NCBI GenBank assembly: GCA_963699545.1
Contig: CAVOUE010000007.1
Coordinates: forward strand, 26,965-90,964
DNA from: Nitrospirota bacterium
GTDB lineage: Bacteria; Nitrospirota; Thermodesulfovibrionia; Thermodesulfovibrionales; UBA9159
Length of the DNA stretch: 64,000 bases
Direction of reading: 5' to 3'
Below the pieces are notes generated by a model. It worked only from the letters and a program-made list of their open reading frames with translations. It made no database searches and was not told the origin of the DNA. The position numbers and the translations under genes were made by a program. This document shows, piece after piece, positions 41,659 to 53,159 of the stretch. Position 1 is the first letter of the stretch. Each line of letters starts with the position of its first letter.

Positions 41659-42798
41659 ATGAGAGAACGGCGTCAAGAGGGATCACCGTATGGAGAGATC
41701 ATGGCGGAGAAGGTCAAAGAAAGACAGGAATCTTCTTTTCTGAGATGCGGGGCATTTCCTGCCGGAACGGGGGGATCGCGAGGAGGAGAAATAAGACGGA
41801 CCCTTCCTCTGAGAGGTAAAGCCGTTCTCATCTTAATGCTTGCCGTTGTGATGCTTGTGGCTTTAACGGCCTGTCAAAAGCAACCCGGGCCGCCGGAAAA
41901 GATCACCTTTGCTTATTCAACCTTGCCTCATCCCACGCTTTTTCATATCGCCTTCATCAGGGGTTTCTTCTCGGCTGAGGGGTTAGCGGTGACACCTCAG
42001 CCCCATGAATTCGGGAAACTGGCCCTCGCTTCGGTTCTCGACGGAAAAGCAGACTTGGCAACCCCCGCAGATACTCCAATAATGTTTGCCGTTACAGGCG
42101 GCAGGAAGATCTCCACGATCGCCGCAATCGCAACCTCAAACAAAAGCGTCGCCATTGTTGCCAGGAAGGACTTGGGGTTCGCGAGGCCCTCAGACATTAA
42201 AGGGAAAAAGATCGGCCTGACACGTGGCACTGCAGGCGAGTTCTTTATGGATTCCTTCCTTTCTACACGTGGGATAGGCAGGGAAGAGGTCAGGATCATT
42301 GACATGAAGCCCAACGAGATGCCCGATGCCCTCATCAAGGGAAAGGTCGATGCAGTCTCGACCTGGAATCCTACGCTGAAACACCTGCAAAAGGGCTTGG
42401 GAGACAACGGACTTACCTTTTACGACGAAACCATCTATAGTGAAACCTTTTGTGTAGTAGCATCGCAGAAATTCATTAAAGAACGCCCCGAAGCGATAAA
42501 GAGCGTTCTGAGGGCTCTCATCAAGGCTGAGACATTTGTAAAACAGAACCCTGAGGAATCCAGGCGTCTTGTCGCCGAATTCATCAAAACAGATAAGGCC
42601 CTTCTTGACGAGATATGGGACTCCTACGATTTCAGGGTGACCCTGGACCAGTCCCTGCTCGTCAGCCTTGAGGACCAGACAAGGTGGGCATTGAAAAACA
42701 GATTGACCGGCAGTACAGGTATGCCCAACTATCTTGACTTCATTTACTCCGACGGCCTGCGATCTGTCAAACCTGAGGCTGTCAGGATAATCAGGTAG
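41659..42798 (+). CDS. Solute-binding lipoprotein, NMT1/SsuA-like (nitrate/sulfonate/bicarbonate ABC-type binding protein family)
   Basis: A lipobox VALTAC follows a hydrophobic stretch. The mature part (ITFAYSTLP.., GKADLATPADTP, IKGKKIGLTRGTAGEF, VDAVSTWNP) fits the family. The true start is unclear: the first roughly 55 aa of the track ORF look non-native, and no ATG/GTG/TTG sits next to the AGGAGG at about 41780. Confidence 0.72.
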   Translation: MRERRQEGSPYGEIMAEKVKERQESSFLRCGAFPAGTGGSRGGEIRRTLPLRGKAVLILMLAVVMLVALTACQKQPGPPEKITFAYSTLPHPTLFHIAFIRGFFSAEGLAVTPQPHEFGKLALASVLDGKADLATPADTPIMFAVTGGRKISTIAAIATSNKSVAIVARKDLGFARPSDIKGKKIGLTRGTAGEFFMDSFLSTRGIGREEVRIIDMKPNEMPDALIKGKVDAVSTWNPTLKHLQKGLGDNGLTFYDETIYSETFCVVASQKFIKERPEAIKSVLRALIKAETFVKQNPEESRRLVAEFIKTDKALLDEIWDSYDFRVTLDQSLLVSLEDQTRWALKNRLTGSTGMPNYLDFIYSDGLRSVKPEAVRIIR

Positions 42799-42810
42799 GA
42801 AGATAACAGG

Positions 42811-44761
42811 ATGAAGATCAGCACGAGACTACGATTCAATTCCTGGATCTCCCTGAGCGTGATTCTTCTCACGGTTCTTTCCCTCGGCTGGTCTTTGCGG
42901 GAAGCGTCCAAAGCAGACAAGAATCAGAGCCTCGTTACGGAGCTCCGGAAAACCGCCCTTGAGAGAACAGTATTAAGGGACGAATATCTGCTGAATCGCG
43001 AAGAGCGTGCGAGGAGCCAGTGGCATTCGAAGTCTGAAAAGTTCAGAGGCCTATTGGGACTGGCCCGGGAGAGGTTCACCAAAACGTCGGACAGGGCGCT
43101 GTGTGAACAGATACAAAGAGACTTTGAGAGAACTGTCTCCATATTCTCTAAGATAGTGGAAAATCGTGAAAGGGAGAAAACCGCAGGAAAGGGCAGTCTC
43201 TTTTCCCCTGAGGGTGAGAAAAGGCTGCTCAGTCAGATAATACTGAATGCATATGACTTGCTCGACAGCATCGGCAGACTGCATGAATCGGCTCAGAGGA
43301 CATCTGCAACGGCACACAAAAGGATAGTTCTTTTCCTTATCACTTTTATCGCTCTTGTCGTCGTTACTACCGTTGGAAATTCCGCAATCGTCAACGGAAT
43401 ATTGGCGAGACGCATCTCGAGACTCCGCGAAGGAACCGTAATCATCGGGGCCGGCAATCTGGACCATAGGATTGATATCAAGGGCAGTGACGAACTCTCG
43501 GACTTAGCCCGTGAGACAAATGAAATGGCAGCCAAATTGATGGAATCGTATACGTCGGTGGCGAACTTGCAGAGGGAAATCACCGAACGCAAACGGGCTG
43601 ATGCTGCGCTTTGCGAAAGCGAGGGACGCTATCGCTCATTGTTCGAGAATATGATCGAGGGTTATGCTTATTGTCAGATGCTCTTTGACGGCGATCGTCC
43701 GCTGGACTTCATCTATCTCGATGTCAACGGCGCATTCGAGAAACTGACGGGACTGAGAAATGTCGTCGGGAAGAAAGTCACGGAAGTGATCCCGGGCATA
43801 CGCGAAGCTGACCCAGAGTTGTTCGAGATCTACGGCAGAGTGGCCTTGACAGGCGAGCCTGAGAGGTTCGAGACATACGTGGAAGCCTTAAACAACTGGT
43901 TTCATATCTCGGTATATAGCCCGAAAAAAGAACACTTCGTCGCGGTATTTGACGTCGTCACCGACCGCAAGCGGGCAGAGAAGGAGATCAGGAAACTCAA
44001 CGAGGAACTGGAGCAGCGCGTCGTTGACCGCACGGCCCAACTGGGAGACTGCCAACAAGGAGATGGAGGCGTTCAGCTATTCGGTCTCCCATGACCTCCG
44101 GGCGCCGCTTCGTCATTTGACAGGATTTGTGGAATTGCTGAACAACAGAGCACCAGAGTCTCTGGATGAGAAGGCCAAACACTATCTGACAGTGATCTCG
44201 GATTCAGCACGGCAGATGGGCAGGCTAGTGGATGACCTTCTCTCCTTTTCGAAGATGGGCCGCTCTGAAATGACGAGAAAGCATGTTAACCTTGACCATC
44301 TTGTGAAAGAAGTGTTAGGAGAACTTCAAACTGATATGAAAGGACGGAACATCTTCTGGAAGATCGATCCCCTTCCGGAAGTGAACGGCGATCCTTCCAT
44401 GCTCCGTCTCGTGTTCATCAACCTCGTCAGTAACGCGATCAAATTCACGCGCAAGCAGCCGCAGGCGCGAATTGAGATCGGGTGCATCCCGGACAATCCG
44501 GGAGAGAAGGTGTTTTTTGTGAAAGACAACGGAGTGGGCTTTGATATGCGTTACGTGGACAAGCTTTTCGGCCTGTTCCAGCGCCTCCACAGGACAGAGG
44601 AGTTTGAGGGAACAGGGGTGGGCCTTGCCAACGTCCAGCGCATCATCCACCGCCACGGCGGCAGGACCTGGGCCGAAAGTTCTTCAGAAGGAGGAGCAAT
44701 CTTCTATTTTTCATTGCCGAAACAAATAGCAGTCAGCGATCAGCAATCAGCGGTTAGCTAA
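42811..44761 (+). pseudogene. Membrane sensor histidine kinase (TM - extracytoplasmic helical domain - TM - HAMP - PAS - HisKA - HATPase_c), one frame break as assembled
   Basis: ORF 42811..44094 carries two TM helices, HAMP (RRISRLREGTVIIGAGNLDHRIDIKGSDELSDLARETNEMA) and PAS. After ..VVDRTAQL the frame switches at GGG 44043-44045 to ETANKEMEAFSYSVSHDLRAPL.. (ORF 43949..44761), which has the ATPase boxes. The last 8-10 codons lie inside a heptamer repeat. Confidence 0.85.
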
Positions 44762-44820
44762 AGGATTATGAAAAGACATCAGCGATCAGCAATCAGCGGT
44801 CAGCTAAAGGCTGATAGCTA
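44733..44820 (+). repeat. Two direct 32-nt copies built from CAGCnnn heptamers, plus a short inverted unit
   Basis: TCAGCGATCAGCAATCAGCGGTTAGCTAAAGG (44733-44764) and TCAGCGATCAGCAATCAGCGGTCAGCTAAAGG (44779-44810) differ at one position. They are followed by CTGATAGCTA (44811-44820). Confidence 0.85.
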
Positions 44821-44834
44821 GAAGCGAGGTTAAG

Positions 44835-45194
44835 TTGAAAGATTTGAGAGGATTGAAGGTCTGGGAAAAAGCTCATAACCTTGTTTTGTCAATCTATCAT
44901 GCCACCAGCAAATTTCCCAAGGATGAGCTGTACGGTTTAACAAGCCAGATTAGGCGAGCCGGTATTTCAATCCCTGCCAATATAGCTGAGGGATGTTGCA
45001 GAAGCGGAGATGTGGAGTTTGCACGTTTTCTTCAGATTGCAGCAGGGTCAGCAAGTGAACTCGAATACCATCTGTTGCTTGCTCATGATCTCAGGTTTCT
45101 CAATAGTGCAGACTTTGAACAGCTGAGAAAGGAATTGGTCGACGTGAAGCGTATGCTTTCGTCTTTCATTAAGAAGCTGAGAGCTGAACGCTGA
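44835..45194 (+). CDS. Four-helix-bundle protein (23S rRNA intervening-sequence protein / Avd family)
   Basis: 119 aa (TTG start). LKVWEKAHNLVLSIYHATSKFPKDELYGLTSQIRRAGISIPANIAEGCCR....FARFLQIAAGSASELEYHLLLAHDL is the hallmark sequence of this family. Confidence 0.87.
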   Translation: MKDLRGLKVWEKAHNLVLSIYHATSKFPKDELYGLTSQIRRAGISIPANIAEGCCRSGDVEFARFLQIAAGSASELEYHLLLAHDLRFLNSADFEQLRKELVDVKRMLSSFIKKLRAER

Positions 45195-45208
45195 CTGCTG
45201 AAAGCTTA
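45182..45208 (+). repeat. GCTGAnn heptamer array (3 units), inverted relative to 44733-44810
   Basis: AGCTGAACGCTGACTGCTGAAAGCTTA. About 22 of 27 positions match the reverse complement of the upstream copy. Overlaps the stop of the four-helix-bundle gene. Confidence 0.75.
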
Positions 45209-45226
45209 CTGAAGGAGGGATGATCC

Positions 45227-45682
45227 ATGATAACTGACGTAAGGAGGATTTTACTTGTAGAGGACAATCCCAATGATGTGGAACTCACCATCGAGGCGCT
45301 GGGCGAGCATAATATCGCAAACATGGTCGATGTTGTCCGTGACGGAGAAGAGGCACTGGATTATCTCTATCGCAGGGGACAGTTCAAATCCCGGCCGAAC
45401 GGTAATCCGGCTGTGGTACTCCTCGATCTCAAGCTTCCAAAGGTGAATGGCCATGAGGTGCTGAGAACGATACGATCAGATGAACGACTGAAGTTGCTTC
45501 CCGTCGTGGTCCTTACGTCTTCACGCGAGGAACAGGACCTGACAGAAAGCTACAAGCTCGGTGCGAACGCCTATGTGGTCAAACCGGTGAATTTCCAGCA
45601 ATTCATGGAGGCAGTGAAGAAGTTAGGTATATTCTGGGCGATCATCAATGAACCGCCGCCCATTAGCCGGGGAAAGGAGTAG
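45227..45682 (+). CDS. Single-domain CheY-like response regulator
   Basis: 151 aa. ILLVEDNPNDVELT, VLLDLKLPKVNGHEVL, VVVLTSS, ANAYVVKP. No output domain. Confidence 0.9.
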   Translation: MITDVRRILLVEDNPNDVELTIEALGEHNIANMVDVVRDGEEALDYLYRRGQFKSRPNGNPAVVLLDLKLPKVNGHEVLRTIRSDERLKLLPVVVLTSSREEQDLTESYKLGANAYVVKPVNFQQFMEAVKKLGIFWAIINEPPPISRGKE

Positions 45683-45723
45683 GATTGAGCCGTCGGCGAT
45701 GAGCTCCCAGCTTGAGATTGTGG

Positions 45724-45768
45724 GCTGACCACCGATAGCTGATTGCTGACCGCTGATAGCCGATTGCG
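45724..45768 (+). repeat. GCTGAnn heptamer array (6 units)
   Basis: GCTGACC ACCGATA GCTGATT GCTGACC GCTGATA GCCGATT GCG, in the spacer between the CheY-like gene and the HD-GYP gene. Same orientation as 45182-45208. Confidence 0.8.
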
Positions 45769-45774
45769 AAAAAG

Positions 45775-47803
45775 ATGAAACAGACATTGCGCATACTTCA
45801 TCTGGAAGACAATAAGCACGATGCCGAGCTTATTCATGAAAAGCTTGCGGCGGAAGCCATCGAATGCGACGTGACACTTGTAGACACCCGCGAAGGTTTT
45901 ATTTCTGCCGTTGAGCAGGGCGGATTTGACATAATCCTTGCAGACTACAAACTTCCTTCTTTTGACGGCATGTCAGCCCTGAAGCTTGCGAATGAAAAGT
46001 GTCCTGAAGTACCTTTTATCTTTATATCGGGAACTATAGGCGAAGACACGGCCGTCGAAGCCCTCAAGAGCGGAGCAACCGATTATATCATCAAAGACAG
46101 ACTCTCACGGCTTGCATCGGCGGTGAATAGGGCGTTACAGGAGGCTGAATCCGGAAGAGAGCGCAAGCGGGCAGAGGGCGAACTGGTGCGTCTTTATCAG
46201 CAGGTGAAGGAAGAGGCGGAGGTCTCCGGGTCGCTCCTGCAGATGGTCGAGGCGTTGAACAGGAGCCTTGATGAAAGGGAACTCATAAAGACTGTCACTC
46301 AACTTGCTCCACACTACCTGAAATTCGACAGGATTGCGATATTCCTCCTCGATGAGGACGTCAAGAGTTTTATGTTTTCCGGCGGATACGGTTTCAGCCC
46401 TGTGGAAGAGGGGATATTGCTTTCGCGGAACTTCAAGTCAGGTGATTTCCCTGCAATGGACAAGGCGATCGCAGGGGAGACGGTAATCGTAGAAAATGGG
46501 CGGGAAACCGATCTCATAAGCAAAGAGCTGGTTGACACATTCGGCATAATGGGCGCCGTGATCGTTCCCATCATTGCCAGGGAGAAAGTGATCGGAGGGA
46601 TATATGCTGATTATAAGACCCTGAGGCCCATCGAAAAGAGGGAAGTCTCATTCCTGAAAGGCCTTGCAGACGGGATTGCCATCGCCCTTCAGAACAGCAG
46701 GCTTTACAGGGACTCCGTCAAAAAACTGATGGAGTTGCAGGGGAAGATCGGGACGATCAAGGCCATGTCACAGCTGGATAAAGAGATACTTTCCTCTATT
46801 GACAGGAACACCGTTCTGAGAACGGCTGCGGCGCTGATAAACAAGGTAGTCCCCTGCGACCGAGTGGGCATCGTCCTTAGGGAAGGGGACAGGTGTGCGG
46901 TTGTTTCGGAATGGGGCGCCGGAGATTTCCGCGACAAGACGTATACGATTAAGGGCAGTCATCTTGAGGCCTTTGACAGAAACCGGGCGGCCGTTTACAT
47001 TGACGACGTCACCCGGGACGACTGTCCCTATCATAAAAGCCAGAGGGAGATCGGTATCGTGTCTTCCCTTCTCATCCCCCTCGTGACGAAGGAAGGGGTC
47101 GTGGGCTTTCTGGATATCGGTTTGACCCATCCCGGCAGGCTTACTCCCGAACATCTTATGACCGCAGAGAACATCGCGTCACAGATATCGGTGGCATTGG
47201 AAAATTCCAGGCTTTATGACGAACTGCAGCAGCTTCTCGTCAGCACTATTAAGTCCCTGGCCTCCGCCATTGATGCGAAATCCCCCTGGACACAGGGACA
47301 TTCCGAGAGGGTAACACAGTACGCGCTGCAGATCGGCGGCGAAATGGGATTGAAGGAGGAAGAACTGGAACGGCTGAAGCTTTCAGGTCTCCTCCACGAC
47401 GTGGGCAAGATCGGTACCTATGACATACTCCTTGACAAGCCCTCCAAACTCACGGACGAGGAGTTCGCGCTGGTGAAGAAGCATCCGGGGAAGGGAGCGG
47501 AGGATCCTGGCGCCTATACGGCAATTAAGCGATGTCATTCCCGGTGTCCGTTACCATCACGAGCGATATGACGGCAAGGGATATCCCGACGGCCTGAAGG
47601 GAGAGAACATACCCTTTTTTGCCCGTATCCTCTGTGTAGCGGATTCCTTCGATTCCATGACCGCGGACAGGCCTTACCGGCCGTCACCGGGGAAGGAGTA
47701 TGCGATCTCAGAATTCAGGCGGTGCAGCGGTTCACAGTTCGACCCTCATGTGGTCGATGCGTTCCTGAAGGTCCTCAGCAGGCCGGAGGAGGGATCACCA
47801 TAA
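45775..47803 (+). pseudogene. Response regulator with REC - GAF - GAF - HD-GYP (cyclic-di-GMP phosphodiesterase type) architecture, one frame break as assembled
   Basis: ORF 45775..47571 has the receiver (ILHLEDNKHDAEL..IILADYKLPSFDG), two GAF-like regions and the HD motif (HSERVTQYAL..LLHDVGKI). After ..KKHPGKGAE the frame switches at about 47499-47503 to ILAPIRQLSDVIPGVRYHHERYDGKGYPDGL..DSFDSMTADRPYR.., ending at TAA 47801-47803. Confidence 0.85.
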
Positions 47804-47824
47804 GAAGGGCCACCCTCTCTTATT

Positions 47825-49996
47825 TCAGCTCCACATCATGGCCTCAAAGTCGGGTGTCGGTACGGCAACAGTGATATAGCCCCTCCACGGACATCGCTCG
47901 AACTGCTCCCCTTCCTTCCTGACCGTGATGAAGAGATGCAGCTCGTCCCGCTCCTTTGCCCTGATATCCCGAAAAGGGATCGCGCACTCAAGGATCTCGT
48001 CAACCGCGACATCCGTGATCTCCCTGATCTCGGACCAGGTACCGTCGCTTCCGTCCAGGAGATTTGCCGTAGTCCCTTTTCTCACGGGGACATCGAGCCT
48101 GCAAGGGAAAGGCCTGCTGATCTCCACGGAAAGCACCGAGCCTTCAGGAAAAGCATCGAAGGTACCCACAGGGTCGACACGGACAAAAAGCGTCTCCTTG
48201 TTAAAGCCGTAGTAGATCCTTGATATGAGGCCCTCGGTCATGTGCATGCTCCCGCCCGATTTTCCCACATCCAAGTGCGCACCCTGATACCACTCAAAAT
48301 AGCTCGTCATAATACCGTCGATCTTGGGATGAATAAAGCCCCTGATCTCGACCGAAGGCGCGACAGCCCTGTCCTCTCTGAGGACGGGCACATAGAGGTG
48401 CTGGGGGACCTCCTGCCCGATCTCTTTATACACCTTCATGAGATTCAGCCGGAAGAGCTCGTCGAATTCCCCTGCAAGTTCGGTGGAGTGTTCGTCTCCG
48501 TACCACCAGTTCCAGTCGCTCCCCTCCGCAACGTAGAGGGACTTCCACGCAGAATGCAGTTCCTGTTCGGGATGTGCTCTCTGAAACGCCTCAAGGGCAT
48601 CCCTCGTCTCCGTCAGATAGTCCCATGAGGTATTGTCCTCTTCGTGGCCGATCCAGACATTGAAGTTCGCATAGATCCAGGAACCTGCTGCCAGGTGTTC
48701 CAGCTTCCTCCTCCCTCCCTGCATGTGGAGAAAGTCGGATATGGTGGTGGTCTTCAGGCGTTCATTTCTTGAAAGACCTTCGTACAGATACCGGAAGAAG
48801 TCATTGCCGTCGTTCCCGTAATACTCCCACGCGTTCTCACCATCAAGGATGATCGGAACGACGTGGGGCTCATTCTGCGGCAGCGAACCCTGGATCTGAA
48901 GCAGCCGGCTGATCAGATCGTTGGCAGCGCTCTTCGGGTCCCACCCGGAGTAGACAAATCCAAGCAGGTCGGAGATCTTGTGGTCCCTGAAAACCATAGA
49001 GACACCGGAATATTCATAGGCAGAGTAAAGAGCGGCCGGGTCAAGCACATTCCCCGATGAGCCCCTCAGGCCTTCCCTGAGCGAACGGGCGAGAATGTCC
49101 TCATCAGTGGCGATCCACTGTATTCCCGCTTCGTGAAAGGCCCTCACAACGTCTTCGCTCACCGACCCCTCAGACGGCCACATGCCGAGGGGTTTGCTCC
49201 CGAACAGCGTTTCGTAGTGTTCAATCGCCATCCGGATCTGCGTTCGCGCATCCTCGGGATGGGCGAACCGTCTCTTCGGAAGACGCACCTCGGGGACCGG
49301 GTCCCTGGCCGTGTTCGTGTCGCAGAGCAGAGGGAGGATGGGATGATAGAACGGCGTGGTGGATATCTCTATCTGCCCCTTCTGCGAGAGCTCCTTGTAT
49401 TTAGGGATGATGGCCCGCAGCAGGGAAAACTGCCTTTCGATCAGGAGTTTCTTTTCGTCCTCCGTAAACCCCTTGCCCTTTGCGGCAAGCTGGCCGAGAA
49501 AGGGGTCCTGTGTCCTGAAGACAGGGTCTATCCATGCAAGGTTGAACAGCACCTGGAGGTCAAGGAAATCGCCGTCGGTAAAGTACCGGACGGCGCGGCG
49601 GAGGTCGGTTCCCGAGAACCGCATTCCCCTCTTCAGCAGCAGCTCATAGTACCGTGGAAACGGCCTCACCATGGTATCCCAGTTGGCGAGGAAGAATTTC
49701 TCGAGGATGAACACCCGCTCGTCGTCCGTCAGTTCGGACGCCTTTTTGAGAGTGACCTGGAGGAACGAGTCCTGCGCGTCATTATCCGTATAGTCGGTGA
49801 TCTGCTCCAGCAGGGACGGTACAAGGTTAAAGGTCTGCTTTATATCGGGAAACTCCTCGAGAACCGCTGCCATATCGAGATAATCCTTTGTCCCGTGAAG
49901 TCTCACCCAGGGCAAACGGTAGATACCGGTGAAAGGGTCTTTGTAATACGGCTGGTGCATGTGCCAGAGGAAGGCAACATGCAGCTGATGGCTCAT
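47825..49996 (-). CDS. Glycoside hydrolase family 57 enzyme (alpha-amylase / glucan-processing type)
   Basis: 723 aa. LHVAFLWHMHQPYYKD, RLHGTKDYLDM, GQIEISTTPFYHPILPLL and WPSEGSVS are typical GH57 regions. Large C-terminal extension. Confidence 0.85.
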   Translation of the reverse strand: MSHQLHVAFLWHMHQPYYKDPFTGIYRLPWVRLHGTKDYLDMAAVLEEFPDIKQTFNLVPSLLEQITDYTDNDAQDSFLQVTLKKASELTDDERVFILEKFFLANWDTMVRPFPRYYELLLKRGMRFSGTDLRRAVRYFTDGDFLDLQVLFNLAWIDPVFRTQDPFLGQLAAKGKGFTEDEKKLLIERQFSLLRAIIPKYKELSQKGQIEISTTPFYHPILPLLCDTNTARDPVPEVRLPKRRFAHPEDARTQIRMAIEHYETLFGSKPLGMWPSEGSVSEDVVRAFHEAGIQWIATDEDILARSLREGLRGSSGNVLDPAALYSAYEYSGVSMVFRDHKISDLLGFVYSGWDPKSAANDLISRLLQIQGSLPQNEPHVVPIILDGENAWEYYGNDGNDFFRYLYEGLSRNERLKTTTISDFLHMQGGRRKLEHLAAGSWIYANFNVWIGHEEDNTSWDYLTETRDALEAFQRAHPEQELHSAWKSLYVAEGSDWNWWYGDEHSTELAGEFDELFRLNLMKVYKEIGQEVPQHLYVPVLREDRAVAPSVEIRGFIHPKIDGIMTSYFEWYQGAHLDVGKSGGSMHMTEGLISRIYYGFNKETLFVRVDPVGTFDAFPEGSVLSVEISRPFPCRLDVPVRKGTTANLLDGSDGTWSEIREITDVAVDEILECAIPFRDIRAKERDELHLFITVRKEGEQFERCPWRGYITVAVPTPDFEAMMWS

Positions 49997-50059
49997 AGCT
50001 GACAGCTCACAGAGAAATGAACGCCTGAACCATGGACCATGGAGGATGAGCCGGTCTGA

Positions 50060-51666
<1,607 letters not shown>

Positions 51667-51766
51667 CTATAGTGAAAAATATCTCTCACTGCATCTCTTC
51701 CCGTGTCCTTCGGGTCGGTTCTCCCTTTTCCGGTTCACCGCTCATCACTCGTTCGAACAAGGTTGC

Positions 51767-53150
51767 TTATTGCAAGTACTGCTTCAGGCTGTTTTCAACC
51801 CGCTCCATATCAACGGGCAGATCGCCCAATTCGGCCCTGCCGGAGATTTGCCGCAGGCACGTCTCCGTAAATATCCTGAACTGCCTCAGCCTGTCCAGCA
51901 TTTTATCAAACCCCTTCCCGTTCACCTCATCCCTGTTGAAGGACAGCACCTTATAAAAAAAAGAAGAGAATTCCTCATAGTCATCGTACCTCAGGAGTTT
52001 GAACGTAAAGCTTTGAAAATAGAACATGAAATTCCTCATGGCATCGAAAAGAGGGAGCCGCTGCGTTCTCCCGACCGTCCTCGACAAGGGCCAGGAACCG
52101 GTTCAGGATCAGGACATCTTCCCGCAACCTCAGGGATTGTTCACGTTTCGTGATGAAGGCGTCAAAGATCTCGCTCCCTTTCACATCGGGCCGCAAGAAC
52201 TGTACGAGCTGGACAATGCTCTGCTCCGTGAGGTTTCTCAGGATGCCGTGACTGTTCTCTATCTTCCCCTTAAGATACTGGGGAGACCTGTTCCTGAATA
52301 CCTCCCTCAGTTCCTGAAGGAATACCCTTTTTGATTCCATGGAGGCCTGGTAGAAGATCACTCCGAGAAATGTCCGTAACTCATTCCCGGTGACCGTTCG
52401 CATCGCTCTGTCGAGATACGCAAGGAGAACGGTGAATTCGGACCGGAGCAGCAGGATGATGAGGAGGGAAGAACTGAGGGAGCCGAACCTGGTCGACGTG
52501 TCGGCGTATCTGAGATATCTGAGGAAACGGAAAAGATAGAGCAGGACCGTGGAGGAATACTTTTTTGTCTCGGCATCCCTGATGTCCTTCACGACACGGG
52601 AAACTTCCCGGTTCTCGATCACATCAAAATCGGCATTCAGGTTCCGCTTGAAGGGGTTAAAGAAAGTATTTTCCCGGATCTCCCTCCCGACGATCTGACC
52701 TATGTTGGTGAACGTGAGGTACGGTATGTGCTCGGTCTTCAGGATGTCCGAAATGATCCCCTTGAGGTTAATGAACGTATCGTAGAGCAGGAAGAGGCTT
52801 TTTTCGGGCACGTCCTGTTTGTACAGCTCCTCCCGGAGGGCATCCCTCTTTGTGTCATCCAGGAACTTGGAACGGGCGAACTTCTGGAACCAGTAGATGT
52901 TTTTCTTCGTCTCAGGGATGATGGCTTCGAGGAGACCCACGATCCTGAGAGTAGTGTCCCTCGCGGCGGACAGTTCGTCAAAGAAATTCCTGCTCGCCAT
53001 GTCCTCCTTCGAGAGGGGAAGATTGTCCACATTGAAGAACCGGTCCAGGGCGCGGAGGAGGACGTCCAGTTCAGAGAATATGTCCTTGTTCTTCCTCTTT
53101 ATGGAAGAGACCCAGCTGTCCGCCAGTGATCCCACGGGCATGGCATTCAT
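51767..53150 (-). pseudogene. Uncharacterised, predicted all-helical protein of about 460 aa, one frame break as assembled
   Basis: ORF 51981..53150 (389 aa) and ORF 51767..52087 (106 aa) overlap and join smoothly (..ALVEDGRENAAA / PLFDAMRNFMFYF..) if one C is removed at 52053-52055. I recognise no motif. The start is 9 nt after the lpdA stop. Confidence 0.6.
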
Positions 53151-53159
53151 CCCGCAAGG

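Noticed and set aside
44733-44810. The 32-nt direct repeats as a minimal CRISPR array
   Set aside because: There are only two copies, separated by 14 nt. Each is internally composed of 7-nt tandem units, one lies inside a coding region, and no cas genes are present.
44835-45194. Four-helix-bundle gene as the Avd component of a diversity-generating retroelement
   Set aside because: No reverse transcriptase gene lies in the window. I found no template/variable repeat pair of about 100 nt with adenine-specific mismatches. The only repeats nearby are heptamer arrays.
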